A DNA stretch of 64,000 nt from Bacilli bacterium (GCA_036342255.1 JAZAUS010000008.1:7661-71660), one strand, 5' to 3'. Positions 25,883-35,170 are shown, counted from the first letter of the stretch. The notes: generated by a model from the sequence alone, not told the origin. Program-made: numbers and translations.

Positions 25883-26932
25883 TTATTCGTATAAATAATC
25901 TACTATTGCCTTTGCAACTTGTTCTGCCAATAGAGGTGGAACAGCGTTTCCAACTTGTTTATATTGATTGACCTTTGATCCACTAAAAATATAATTATCT
26001 GGAAAAGATTGAATTCTAGCTGCTTCTCTTACAGACAAAATTCTATTTTCTTTATAATGAAAATATGTCCTATGACCTGTATCAATTGTATTACTTTGAT
26101 TTTTACTGTTCATTCTTCTTAATAATGAACTATATTTTCTATTACCTCTCAAGTTTTCTGGTAAATCCTTTATACTACCACCCTGAGGTACATGAGAAAT
26201 TAATTTTTTTGTTTCTTCAGTATGAAATGTTTGTTCATGATTATATACCATATCACAATTTTTTCTCATTTTCTTTTGGTATTTTGATATTGCGTCTGTT
26301 TTGTATTTTGAAGGATCATCATTTTTATCTAGTGATGGTAAATCAGATATTGCTTCTTCGCAAGTTACTTTATAATTGAATTTTTTAGGGAATTTAAATG
26401 TTCCTTTATCTAAATTCTCTTTAATTCCAATAAAAAATACCCTTACTCTGTTTTGTGGAACACCATAATCAGAAGCTACTAATTTATCTAGATAAACATT
26501 ATAACCAATTTTTTTAGCTCTTCTAATAATATCCTCTTTTACTTCACCATTTTTCATTGACAAAATACCTGTTACATTTTCAATAACAAAAAAATCAGGA
26601 TTAATTATTGATAATGTTTTAAAATATTCTTTATATAATTTATTTCTTTCATCATCCTCAGATCTTCTACCAGCTAAACTAAAGCCTTGGCAAGGCGGAC
26701 CACCAATTACACCAGAAACATGTTCATTAACATATTGTTTTATGAATTTTTCATCAATTTCAGCAATATCTTTGACAACACCAACTTTATTCTTTCTATT
26801 GTTATTAAAAGTATCTATTGCATTACTCCACATGTCGATAGCAAGAACACTTTCAAAATTTTGTTTTTCAAAGCCTAAGGTTAGACCACCGGCCCCACAA
26901 AACAAATCAATAACCTTTCTTTTACTCTTCAT
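25883..26932 (-). CDS. DNA (cytosine-5)-methyltransferase
   Basis: DLFCGAGG (I), GGPPCQGFS (IV), ENV (VI), QNRVRVFFIG (VIII), GNAVPP (X). Confidence 0.9.
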   Translation of the reverse strand: MKSKRKVIDLFCGAGGLTLGFEKQNFESVLAIDMWSNAIDTFNNNRKNKVGVVKDIAEIDEKFIKQYVNEHVSGVIGGPPCQGFSLAGRRSEDDERNKLYKEYFKTLSIINPDFFVIENVTGILSMKNGEVKEDIIRRAKKIGYNVYLDKLVASDYGVPQNRVRVFFIGIKENLDKGTFKFPKKFNYKVTCEEAISDLPSLDKNDDPSKYKTDAISKYQKKMRKNCDMVYNHEQTFHTEETKKLISHVPQGGSIKDLPENLRGNRKYSSLLRRMNSKNQSNTIDTGHRTYFHYKENRILSVREAARIQSFPDNYIFSGSKVNQYKQVGNAVPPLLAEQVAKAIVDYLYE

Positions 26933-28181
26933 TTTCTAAAACCTCCAATATCATATTAGAAACCGCGTTAGCCATTAACGGAGGCACAGCGTTTCCAACT
27001 TGTCTTAATTGTTCACCCTTATTACCGATAAATATAAATCTGTCTGGAAAGGATTGAATTCTAGCAGATTCTCTTGCGGAAGGAACTCTATTGAAGATAG
27101 GATGAAAATATACAGCATGACCAGTATCAATTGTAGTTGATTGACCTTTTCCGTCTAATCTTCTCATATAGTTTGAATGTCTATTATCTCTTTTCGAAGG
27201 AAATAATTCCTCAGGAACATCTTTCCAATTACCACCTTGTGGTACATAGCTTATTCTCTTTTGAACATCTTCATTAGGATAATTAATACGATGGTTAAAA
27301 ATATAATTAGTTCCATCATGCATCTTTTTTAAATACTCATTTGTAATTGAATCAGATATTGAATATACTTCATTTGTTTCATCTTTTGTGGCATTTTTTT
27401 CAATCTCGTATAAATCACATAATGCTTCATCAACAGTAGTCTTTTTATCAACCTTAAATTTATTAATACCGTTAAAATCAACTTTCCCAATATCATTTCT
27501 TATACCGACAAAAACAGCTCTCATTCTTTTTTGCGGAACACCATAATCAGAGGCATCTAATATTTTATATTGGACATTATATCCCATTTCTTCCATCAAT
27601 TCACAAATTTTCTTACGAGCAAACCCATTTTTATTAGTAAGTATTTGCCTAACATTTTCTATCATTATTGCCTTAGGTCTTAATTCTTTTACAAATCTTA
27701 AAAATTGAAAGAACAATTTGTTTCTTGGATCATCTTCCAATTTTTGATGCCTATTCAATGCAGAAAAGCCTTGACATGGTGGCCCACCTACTATTATATC
27801 TACATCTTTAAATCCAGTATCTTTAACTTCTATTTTTGTAATATCTCCACAAATAACGTTTGCCTGTGGAAAATTATACTTAAATGTTTTACATGCCGCT
27901 TTATCAAAATCAATTGCTCCTACAATTTCCATACGACTATTATGTTTAAAGCCTTCACTAATTCCACCACATCCACTAAACAAATCAATAACTCTATATT
28001 TTTTAAATTCACTTTTGCTATATAAGCCATCATCAATACTTTTTCTTATTTTATCCGAAAGACATTTTCCCTTATACTCTTTATCTATTTTATCTATTAC
28101 TTCAAAAGGTAATTTAATTTTAACTTCCTTACCTTGAATTGATTTTCTTCCGCTTCCTTCTCTTTTACCACCCTTATTCAT
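26922..28181 (-). CDS. DNA (cytosine-5)-methyltransferase with ~60-aa basic N-terminal extension
   Basis: DLFSGCGG, GGPPCQGFS, ENV, QKRMRAVFVG, GNAVPP. N-terminus GGKREGSGRKS. 11-nt overlap with the second MTase. Confidence 0.9.
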   Translation of the reverse strand: MNKGGKREGSGRKSIQGKEVKIKLPFEVIDKIDKEYKGKCLSDKIRKSIDDGLYSKSEFKKYRVIDLFSGCGGISEGFKHNSRMEIVGAIDFDKAACKTFKYNFPQANVICGDITKIEVKDTGFKDVDIIVGGPPCQGFSALNRHQKLEDDPRNKLFFQFLRFVKELRPKAIMIENVRQILTNKNGFARKKICELMEEMGYNVQYKILDASDYGVPQKRMRAVFVGIRNDIGKVDFNGINKFKVDKKTTVDEALCDLYEIEKNATKDETNEVYSISDSITNEYLKKMHDGTNYIFNHRINYPNEDVQKRISYVPQGGNWKDVPEELFPSKRDNRHSNYMRRLDGKGQSTTIDTGHAVYFHPIFNRVPSARESARIQSFPDRFIFIGNKGEQLRQVGNAVPPLMANAVSNMILEVLENEE

Positions 28182-28198
28182 AATGTCACCTCATTATA

Positions 28199-28227
28199 AT
28201 TATATTGAAAACGCAGACTTTTTTCAA
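28199..28227 (-). promoter_or_regulatory. Promoter of the two-methyltransferase operon
   Basis: TTGAAA-17-TATAAT, followed by GAGGTGA SD and the ATG at 28181. Confidence 0.55.
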
Positions 28228-28245
28228 TAGTTTTTTTAAAAAAAT

Positions 28246-28272
28246 GTAAAAAAAATGCATTATATAAATGCA
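28246..28272 (-). terminator. Terminator after the DUF262-HNH gene
   Basis: TGCATT-N5-AATGCA + U8. Confidence 0.6.
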
Positions 28273-28278
28273 CATTTC

Positions 28279-29484
28279 TTAATTATCACTTTTAGATGAA
28301 TTACAACTTGGACATAAAACTTGTCCATTTTCAATTTCTGTTTTTCCACCTTTACTCCATGGAACTATATGATCAGCTTCCCAATCATTCCAGTCACAAT
28401 GTTTTTTACATTGTTGACATATACCTTTATCACGTCTATATATAACTTGTCTTTGTGCTTCATCAAATGATCTTTGTGAATCCTTTAATGGTAATTTTTT
28501 TACTGTAGCTAAAAGTGATTCTTTTAATACCTTATGCCTATAAGTTAACGATTCATATGTATCAGAAGAGTTTGAAATCCATCTTTGATATAAAACTAAT
28601 ACTGGATCTTGTTCTTCTGCTTCTTTCATTCTATCTAATGTTCTATTGTTTTCAAATTCAATAAACCAGTCGTAGATTTCTTTTTCACGCCCCCTAATGT
28701 CATAATTAGGCATTAAATCCATAATTAATAGAAATAATGAAATAACGCTATACCTTTGTAATTCTGGAGCTTTATATTCAAACATTGTATTTAAATAATC
28801 TAATATTCTTCTAATATTTTTTGCTTGTTCGCAATTTTCATCAAAATCTGTATTATTCCAATACATATCATTTAAATCTTTATCTTTAACATTTGTTATT
28901 GTTCCATTTATAGCAAGCAAGCACATTTGAGCGGCAATCAAATCATATGTAAATCTACTATCTTTAAAATTAACCTTATCAAAAAATTGGTGAGAAGAAA
29001 CTGTTTTTACAAAATCTCTCATTTTACTTGGTATAGCATTTCGTTTTTCTTGTGCTTTTAAAGATGTACCATTTTGTAGACGTAAAAACATTTCCCTTAT
29101 TTCTTCATCATTTTTATCCAAAATAACAAAATCCAAATTATATGTATCAATTATATCAGATATTTCTGGTTCTAATTCGCTATATTTCTTATTTTTTATT
29201 TCAATATCGTTAATAGGATCAGCATCTTTAGGTAATGGATATTCATCATCATAGAATGACCAAATGGCACGTATTCTTTGTTGACCATCAACAACATCAT
29301 ACTTATTTTTATCTACTTCGTGCAAATATATTTTTGGAATATCATAATCATGTAATATTGAATCAATCAATAATTGTTTTTGATTTTTAGTCCAGACAGA
29401 TGGTCTTTGATAATCTGGATTTGTATTAATTTGTGTTCTTCTTTTATTTAAAGATAAAAGTGGCCATGTGGTTTTATTTAGCAT
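28279..29484 (-). CDS. DUF262 (ParB-like DGQQR) - HNH fusion nuclease, type IV restriction-like
   Basis: Start reset to MLNKTTW (AGGAGGAATAAT-ATG at 29484). DYQRPSVWT, VDGQQRIRAI. C-terminus ADHIVPWSKGGKTEIENGQVLCPSCNSSKS. Confidence 0.75.
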   Translation of the reverse strand: MLNKTTWPLLSLNKRRTQINTNPDYQRPSVWTKNQKQLLIDSILHDYDIPKIYLHEVDKNKYDVVDGQQRIRAIWSFYDDEYPLPKDADPINDIEIKNKKYSELEPEISDIIDTYNLDFVILDKNDEEIREMFLRLQNGTSLKAQEKRNAIPSKMRDFVKTVSSHQFFDKVNFKDSRFTYDLIAAQMCLLAINGTITNVKDKDLNDMYWNNTDFDENCEQAKNIRRILDYLNTMFEYKAPELQRYSVISLFLLIMDLMPNYDIRGREKEIYDWFIEFENNRTLDRMKEAEEQDPVLVLYQRWISNSSDTYESLTYRHKVLKESLLATVKKLPLKDSQRSFDEAQRQVIYRRDKGICQQCKKHCDWNDWEADHIVPWSKGGKTEIENGQVLCPSCNSSKSDN

Positions 29485-29585
29485 ATTATTCCTCCTTACA
29501 ATTTTAATATTATTATAACACAATAGTTGCTTTTTATTGATAATAAATATTTTGATTTTTCTATTTCTTAATTAGATTTATTCTT

Positions 29586-30131
29586 TTATAACACTAACAT
29601 GTTGGTAATATCTAAAGATAATGTTAATAAATTATTACATATTTCAAATAATTCTTTTTGATTATTTAAGTCATTAATGTTTTTGATTCCATGAAACATA
29701 TTATTTCTTACTCTACCTACCATTAACATCAATAATAAATATTTATTTTTTAAATTTGGAAATTCTATTATTTTTGATAATTCATTATATGAAATGTCTG
29801 ATTTTCTTACGCTGTAACGTTCTATAAATTGTCTTGTTGTTAATTCTCCATCTGTTTTTTTAAAATATATAATAAATCTATCATATAAACCTATTATATC
29901 TTTTTCGTAATCATCATTAATATTATTCAACACTTTATTTATAACACTTAATTTCCCTTTTTCATTATTTAATATTTTTGAAAACTTGTAATATGGATTT
30001 CCTTTGTCATCGGGAAATAAATATTTTTCGTAATTGTTCCATAAAATTGCGAAATCAGAAATTAATAGTCTTACATCATCTTCTACATCTGCTTCTATAT
30101 ATTTTTTTATTTGATCATATTTTCTTCCCAT
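29586..30131 (-). CDS. HEPN-like protein (Rx4H motif)
   Basis: Start reset to MGRKYDQ. GRVRNNMFHG gives R-N-x3-H near the C-terminus of an all-helical ~180-aa protein. Own TGATATAAT promoter. Confidence 0.5.
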   Translation of the reverse strand: MGRKYDQIKKYIEADVEDDVRLLISDFAILWNNYEKYLFPDDKGNPYYKFSKILNNEKGKLSVINKVLNNINDDYEKDIIGLYDRFIIYFKKTDGELTTRQFIERYSVRKSDISYNELSKIIEFPNLKNKYLLLMLMVGRVRNNMFHGIKNINDLNNQKELFEICNNLLTLSLDITNMLVL

Positions 30132-30193
30132 ATATATCACCTTTTTGGTTATTATATCATAAAAAAGTAGCTCTTGTTTAAAATTTCTTTTTT

Positions 30194-30436
30194 CTATTTA
30201 TCATCCTCAAAGTAATAGTCATCATCTTCTAGGTCTTCTTCTTCGAAGTTATAGGGTTCATATTCTTCTTTATTGACGAGGTCTTGTTGCCAGTCTTCTA
30301 ATCCGTAGTTATCTAGTTCTTGTTTAGTATATTTACTATTGATTTTGTTATGTTTTGTTTTATGAGTTCTTGGGTATTTATCATCAAAGACATCTATTAG
30401 TCTTATTCTATTGTGATTATAACATAAATAAGGCAA
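30194..30436 (-). pseudogene. Decayed paralogue of the 67-aa acidic protein at 36970-37173
   Basis: C-terminus LEDWQQDLVNKEEYEPYNFEEEDLEDDDYYFEDDK vs LDDYQKELIKKGEYNSSNFEEEDLEDDDYYYEDDK. The ORF-track start is a TTG inside a terminator stem, and there is no in-frame ATG/GTG or SD after the promoter. Confidence 0.45.
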
Positions 30437-30470
30437 CTATTAAATATAGTTGCTTTTAATTATTTATCTT
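30416..30470 (-). repeat. Terminator-promoter junction cassette, copy A
   Basis: ~55 nt, 3 mismatches + 2 indels vs 30996-31050. Hairpin GCAACTAT/ATAGTTGC + T-run + ATGTTATAAT. Confidence 0.7.
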
Positions 30471-30511
30471 ATTATGGTCTTTTTATTTATATCTTTAGAT
30501 TATTAAGTTAT

Positions 30512-30976
30512 TTATTTAAACATTTCTCTTGCTATTGTAAGCCAATAGCCATGTATAAAGTGTTCATTAAAGGTATTATTTTCAAATGGTATATTATATT
30601 TATTAGATAATTCTTTGGCATTTTTATAATAGTCATTATATATTTTTTTGTCTATATATAGTTTTCCACCAAAACCTGTGAAGATATGATTATATTTTTC
30701 ATTTTCATAATTATCTTCATACTTATGTTCTAAATTCATTGCGATTGGGAAATGTCTATATAATAAATCGTCTTCTTCATCAACATATATTATTTTGTTT
30801 TTTCCATTTTTTCTAAGAAAGAATATTCCACCTAATCCGCTCATTCTATTACCGGTTTCGTATAATAATAAATCATCTTCAGTATATTTATTACATATAT
30901 CCTTTAGATTATACTTATATTCAATATACTTTTGTTCTTGTTCTAGATTTTTAATTATTTTATTTACATTTAACAT
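30512..30976 (-). CDS. Hypothetical protein
   Basis: 154 aa with AGGTGA SD and ATGTTATAAT promoter; no recognisable motif. Confidence 0.45.
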   Translation of the reverse strand: MLNVNKIIKNLEQEQKYIEYKYNLKDICNKYTEDDLLLYETGNRMSGLGGIFFLRKNGKNKIIYVDEEDDLLYRHFPIAMNLEHKYEDNYENEKYNHIFTGFGGKLYIDKKIYNDYYKNAKELSNKYNIPFENNTFNEHFIHGYWLTIAREMFK

Positions 30977-30995
30977 AATTGCTCACCTAGATAGT

Positions 30996-31050
30996 ATTAT
31001 AACATAAATATGGCAACTATTAAGAATAGTTGCCTTTTAATTATTATCTT
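30996..31050 (-). repeat. Terminator-promoter junction cassette, copy B
   Basis: Partner of 30416-30470. Confidence 0.7.
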
Positions 31051-32191
31051 TTTGTGGAGATAGTTTTTTAGCTTTACCTTTATTAATCATATCATTTACT
31101 GTATTATTAAGATTAGTGGTATAGGTTTTATAGGTGTTATAGTTATTTTTGATGGTTATATATTTATTATTGGTATATTTACATAGTTCTTTTTTCTTTT
31201 TTCTAGGTATATAGAAATTTCTTTTTTTATCCATAGAGGTTGATATTTTATCTGATAGTTTTTTATATACTGTATTAAGGAGGATATAATTATATTTATC
31301 ATCTCCATCTATTAGATATCTTATGGTTTGAGCATTACCGTTTATTAGTCTTGTTTTTATTTCTTCTTTTAATAGATTATAAGTTTTATATATGGCATTA
31401 CCACTTACTTGGTCTAGATAGATATAGCAATCTTTATAGCTGGTGTCTAATATAATTGAATTATATTTTGTTAGGAATATTTTCATTATATCAAGGCTAC
31501 AATAATCGTTTATTATTTCATTTATTAAATCATCTTTTTTATTGGTAATGCCTTTTACTGTTATGGCTTTATCTATTTTATAGCCTTTTATAAGGGCTAA
31601 GATATCTTTTTCTAATTGGTGATTTGTTTCGTGGATAAGGGCATGCAGTGGTATTTGGCCATTATCTTTTAATCTAATGGCAATTGTTTTAGAGGTAATA
31701 GGATATGTGATACATATTCCTAATGTTGTGTGTTTTATATCGTTGGTGATATGATCTTTATCTTTTTTAGATATAAGAGATTTATTATGGTCTATTATTA
31801 TGTTTAATGAGGTATCGTTCTTTTTTTGAGATAGAGATAATTTTTTGAAAGATAATAATAATATTAATCTCTTTATATTGTTTATTTTATCATTATTAAT
31901 ATTATTATTAAAGACTATTTTAAATAATATTTTTTCTTTGAAATCTGGTCTTTCTTTTGCTATGGTATCTTTTAATTCTTTATATATTGTTTCTAACTCT
32001 TTTATGGTTTTATTGAATTCTATGGTTTTCTTATTTTCTATCATATAGATGATGTTTAGGTCTTTGAATATTTCTTCTATTTTGTCTTTGTTAGAGATGC
32101 CATAGAATTCAATAAAGGATTCTTTTAGATATTTTAATATTATATTCATTTCATTATTTAAATAATCTTTATATATTGTTTCATATTTCAT
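31037..32191 (-). CDS. Hypothetical protein with HExxH motif (possible metallopeptidase)
   Basis: 384 aa. LHALIHETNHQLE is the only catalytic-looking motif. TGCTATAAT promoter upstream. Confidence 0.4.
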   Translation of the reverse strand: MKYETIYKDYLNNEMNIILKYLKESFIEFYGISNKDKIEEIFKDLNIIYMIENKKTIEFNKTIKELETIYKELKDTIAKERPDFKEKILFKIVFNNNINNDKINNIKRLILLLSFKKLSLSQKKNDTSLNIIIDHNKSLISKKDKDHITNDIKHTTLGICITYPITSKTIAIRLKDNGQIPLHALIHETNHQLEKDILALIKGYKIDKAITVKGITNKKDDLINEIINDYCSLDIMKIFLTKYNSIILDTSYKDCYIYLDQVSGNAIYKTYNLLKEEIKTRLINGNAQTIRYLIDGDDKYNYILLNTVYKKLSDKISTSMDKKRNFYIPRKKKKELCKYTNNKYITIKNNYNTYKTYTTNLNNTVNDMINKGKAKKLSPQKDNN

Positions 32192-32378
32192 GGGATTACC
32201 TCTTCTATGTGGTTTGGTTATGTATTATAGCATAAAATAAGAAATGGTTAAAGTCTTCATATGTTTAGTATAATAATAATTATACTAAAATACTTGACTT
32301 TAACTATGTTTTTAGTGTAAAATATCTACTACAAACAAAGGGATTTACTTTTAGAAATATATTTGGTATAATTTCTTT

Positions 32379-32508
32379 GTAAGATAGATATAATATTATT
32401 GTAGATATTATTATATCTATGTCTTGGTCTATCAAATTAATTTGTTGGATCAAACCCGTGTTGGCGCCAAGCGCCGCTTAAAAAGGCAACCTTTATGGTT
32501 GCTTTTTT
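32379..32508 (+). ncRNA. sRNA candidate, diverged third member of the same family
   Basis: Promoter TTTACT-17-TGGTATAAT (32344-32372). AT-rich hairpin, GTTGGCGC-CAA-GCGCC (compensatory vs GTTGGTGC-TTT-GCACC). Terminator GCAACC-N5-GGTTGC + U6. Confidence 0.5.
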
Positions 32509-33016
32509 AATGATCAAAATCTATTCTATGTTCAAAACCATCAAATCTTAGAAAAATTGATTCTAATATTACTCCTAATATTTCTTGACCATTATCATAA
32601 TACATTACTATTTTATCAAATTTGTTAAAATAATTTTCATTATCTTTTATCATTTTATTGATTTCAGATGATAGTTGTTGTTTTAGTATCATTCCACTAT
32701 CTGTATATCTTTTATCAATAATAATCGTTTTATATTTTACTGGTATTCTTCTGGAAAATTGGTATATGGCATTGAAAATGCTTTTCCTGGTAGCAATTTT
32801 AAAGTTTTTGTAGTCTCCTCTTTTCATGATTAAGTCAGCCATATGAATCATATTAGTATATCCAATTTTTTCTAATCTATTATTTAGTTTATTTAGTTCA
32901 GTCATAATATCATCATTATGCTCATGAAAAGTGAATGATACACCGTAAAGTTCTGATGCACCTTTACCAAATCCAAATTCTCCTGTTTCATCTACAAATA
33001 TATTTAGTCTTTTCAT
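32507..33016 (-). CDS. DUF3800 family protein
   Basis: Start reset to MKRLNIF (AGAGGTGAA-N5-ATG). N-terminus LNIFVDETGEFG is the DUF3800 D-E-x-G signature. Confidence 0.6.
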   Translation of the reverse strand: MKRLNIFVDETGEFGFGKGASELYGVSFTFHEHNDDIMTELNKLNNRLEKIGYTNMIHMADLIMKRGDYKNFKIATRKSIFNAIYQFSRRIPVKYKTIIIDKRYTDSGMILKQQLSSEINKMIKDNENYFNKFDKIVMYYDNGQEILGVILESIFLRFDGFEHRIDFDH

Positions 33017-33094
33017 GATATTCACCTCTTTCAAGCTATTATATCTTCTATATGGTTTGGTTATTTATTATAACATAAAAAAAGACTAAAGTCT

Positions 33095-33592
33095 TTATTT
33101 ATTTAGTTTTTCTAATAATGTATTAAACATAATACCGTGGGACTCTAACATTTGATTAGAATCTATTAGGTTATTTATCTTTGAAGTAGTCATGTATTCT
33201 ACATGATCTACTTCTTCTTTTTGGACTGTTATATCTTTTATGTCTATATTATCTTTTATGTAATATAAATATCTTAATGGCATATCATAGGATAGATAGC
33301 CATATTCTTCTAGTTTGTTTGGATCTATATTTATTCCTAGTTCTTCTTTTACTTCTTTTATAATGGTTTCTAGTGGAGTGTATCCGCTAGAAACATGGCC
33401 TCCTGTTGAGGAATATAATCCTCCTTTTTGTTTGGATGTTTTTTGGATTAGGAATTCTCCTTTTTTGTTTTGGATAAAGATTATAGATAGGGCTATATGT
33501 TCACCTTCGTTCAATATAGCAGTTTTATCTCCTCTTATAATGGTTCTTCCTGTTTTATTACCTTTATCATCATAAATATCTAATAATTCCAT
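33095..33592 (-). CDS. NUDIX hydrolase
   Basis: Nudix box GGHVSSGYTPLETIIKEVKEELGI. Confidence 0.8.
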   Translation of the reverse strand: MELLDIYDDKGNKTGRTIIRGDKTAILNEGEHIALSIIFIQNKKGEFLIQKTSKQKGGLYSSTGGHVSSGYTPLETIIKEVKEELGINIDPNKLEEYGYLSYDMPLRYLYYIKDNIDIKDITVQKEEVDHVEYMTTSKINNLIDSNQMLESHGIMFNTLLEKLNK

Positions 33593-33611
33593 AATACCTC
33601 CTTAATATTTA

Positions 33612-34193
33612 TTATATATCTATTTTCCCTTCTGAGAAGTCTTTTAGGACTTTTATTAGTTGGATTTTTTCGGCTGCTTGAACTTTAGATGATACATCTT
33701 CAGGAGTATCTGAAGTGGATACTTTTACTTTAGTTTGGGAGATTATTTTTCCTTTATCGTATTCTTCATTTACGAAATGGATGGTAGCCCCGGTTTCTTT
33801 TTCATGGTTTTCCACTATTTTTCTGTGGACATTCATACCATACATACCTTTTCCACCGTATTTGGGTAAAAGGGCTGGATGGGTATTTATAATAGTATAG
33901 TTATTAATTATTTTTTTTGGTAATAGTTTTAGGTAACCTGCTAAGACTATTAGATCAATATTATATTGGTTTAGGATGTTATATAATTCTTCTTCATCAT
34001 TATAATCTTTTAAGATATAGTTATTAATACCTTTATTATGGGCTCTTGTTAGAGCATAGGCTTTACTAGTATTAGATATAACTATTTTTATATTAGCATC
34101 TAATTCATTATTGTTAATGGCATCTATAATGGCTTGTAGTGTTGAGCCATTACCTGATGCTAGGACGGCTAAGTTTTTTAATTTCTTTTTCAT
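33612..34193 (-). CDS. purN: Phosphoribosylglycinamide formyltransferase (PurN-type formyltransferase)
   Basis: LAVLASGNGSTLQAIIDA, INTHPALLPKYGGKGMYG, IHFVNEEYDKGKIISQ. Confidence 0.8.
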   Translation of the reverse strand: MKKKLKNLAVLASGNGSTLQAIIDAINNNELDANIKIVISNTSKAYALTRAHNKGINNYILKDYNDEEELYNILNQYNIDLIVLAGYLKLLPKKIINNYTIINTHPALLPKYGGKGMYGMNVHRKIVENHEKETGATIHFVNEEYDKGKIISQTKVKVSTSDTPEDVSSKVQAAEKIQLIKVLKDFSEGKIDI

Positions 34194-34204
34194 ACTCTAC
34201 TCCT

Positions 34205-35074
34205 TTATAATGATTTAATTTTTTTATGAGGATTATTGAATGCTTTTTCTATTTTTTCATATGTTATGGGATTTATAGTGTCATTATATTTATTTTCTAT
34301 GGCATTATCGATAGAGGTGTTAAGAAATATGTTAATTCTTGATGATAAGATATCGTTATCTAGTACATGTTTTCTTACTGAGTGGCCTCCATCACCTGCT
34401 ATGGCGAAACCTAATGATGAGTCATAATCTATAAATCCTTGTTTAATATTTTTGATAGATTCTATTGTTTTATTATCTTGTTCATAATCGTAATCTAATA
34501 CATCTCCAAATGTTATGGCTAAAGCTTGGGTTCCATCTTTTTTGATGGCTTCTCCACTTATGGCTGCTAGGCATATTTGAGATAAGATCATACTGATATC
34601 AGATTTGCTATAACCTACTTCTTGCATTTTTAATTTTAATAATTCTTCTATTCGTTTAAAATAATAGGCACCATTACAGTAGGTTACGAAGTTTATGTTT
34701 CTAAAATTTTTCATAGCAGATATGGTATCTATTCTTTTGTTATTATTTATAAATAATGGATAGAAGTATTTGGTTAGAAATTCTTCTAATTCTTTTGTCT
34801 CAGGAATGATATTTGAGAATCTTTGATTTTTTTCATCAAAGTCTCCAAAGCCTAAGCCAAATAATCTTCTATCTGGATCGTAATTAGTATTTATATCTGG
34901 ATTTACAAGAGGGGCTATGTAGTTCATAAAGCCATTAATATCTTGCAAGTAGGTAGGAAGAGCTAGAGCTGTTATGATACATGGTCCTTTTTTAAAGGGA
35001 TTTTCTTCTAATACTTCTTGTATTCCATATTTATTATGTTCTGTTTTACAGACTTTTTCATATAAATGTACCAT
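34205..35074 (-). CDS. Hypothetical protein (possible hydrolase fold)
   Basis: 289 aa. VTYCNGAYY and AGDGGHS are the only elbow-like or His-containing motifs; no confident family. Confidence 0.4.
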   Translation of the reverse strand: MVHLYEKVCKTEHNKYGIQEVLEENPFKKGPCIITALALPTYLQDINGFMNYIAPLVNPDINTNYDPDRRLFGLGFGDFDEKNQRFSNIIPETKELEEFLTKYFYPLFINNNKRIDTISAMKNFRNINFVTYCNGAYYFKRIEELLKLKMQEVGYSKSDISMILSQICLAAISGEAIKKDGTQALAITFGDVLDYDYEQDNKTIESIKNIKQGFIDYDSSLGFAIAGDGGHSVRKHVLDNDILSSRINIFLNTSIDNAIENKYNDTINPITYEKIEKAFNNPHKKIKSL

Positions 35075-35170
35075 TACATGCCCTCCTTTAATTTATTTAT
35101 TAGTACTTTTTTATATAAATATTATAACATAAAAAGCAACTATTGAAGTTGCTTTTATGCTTTTATTATA

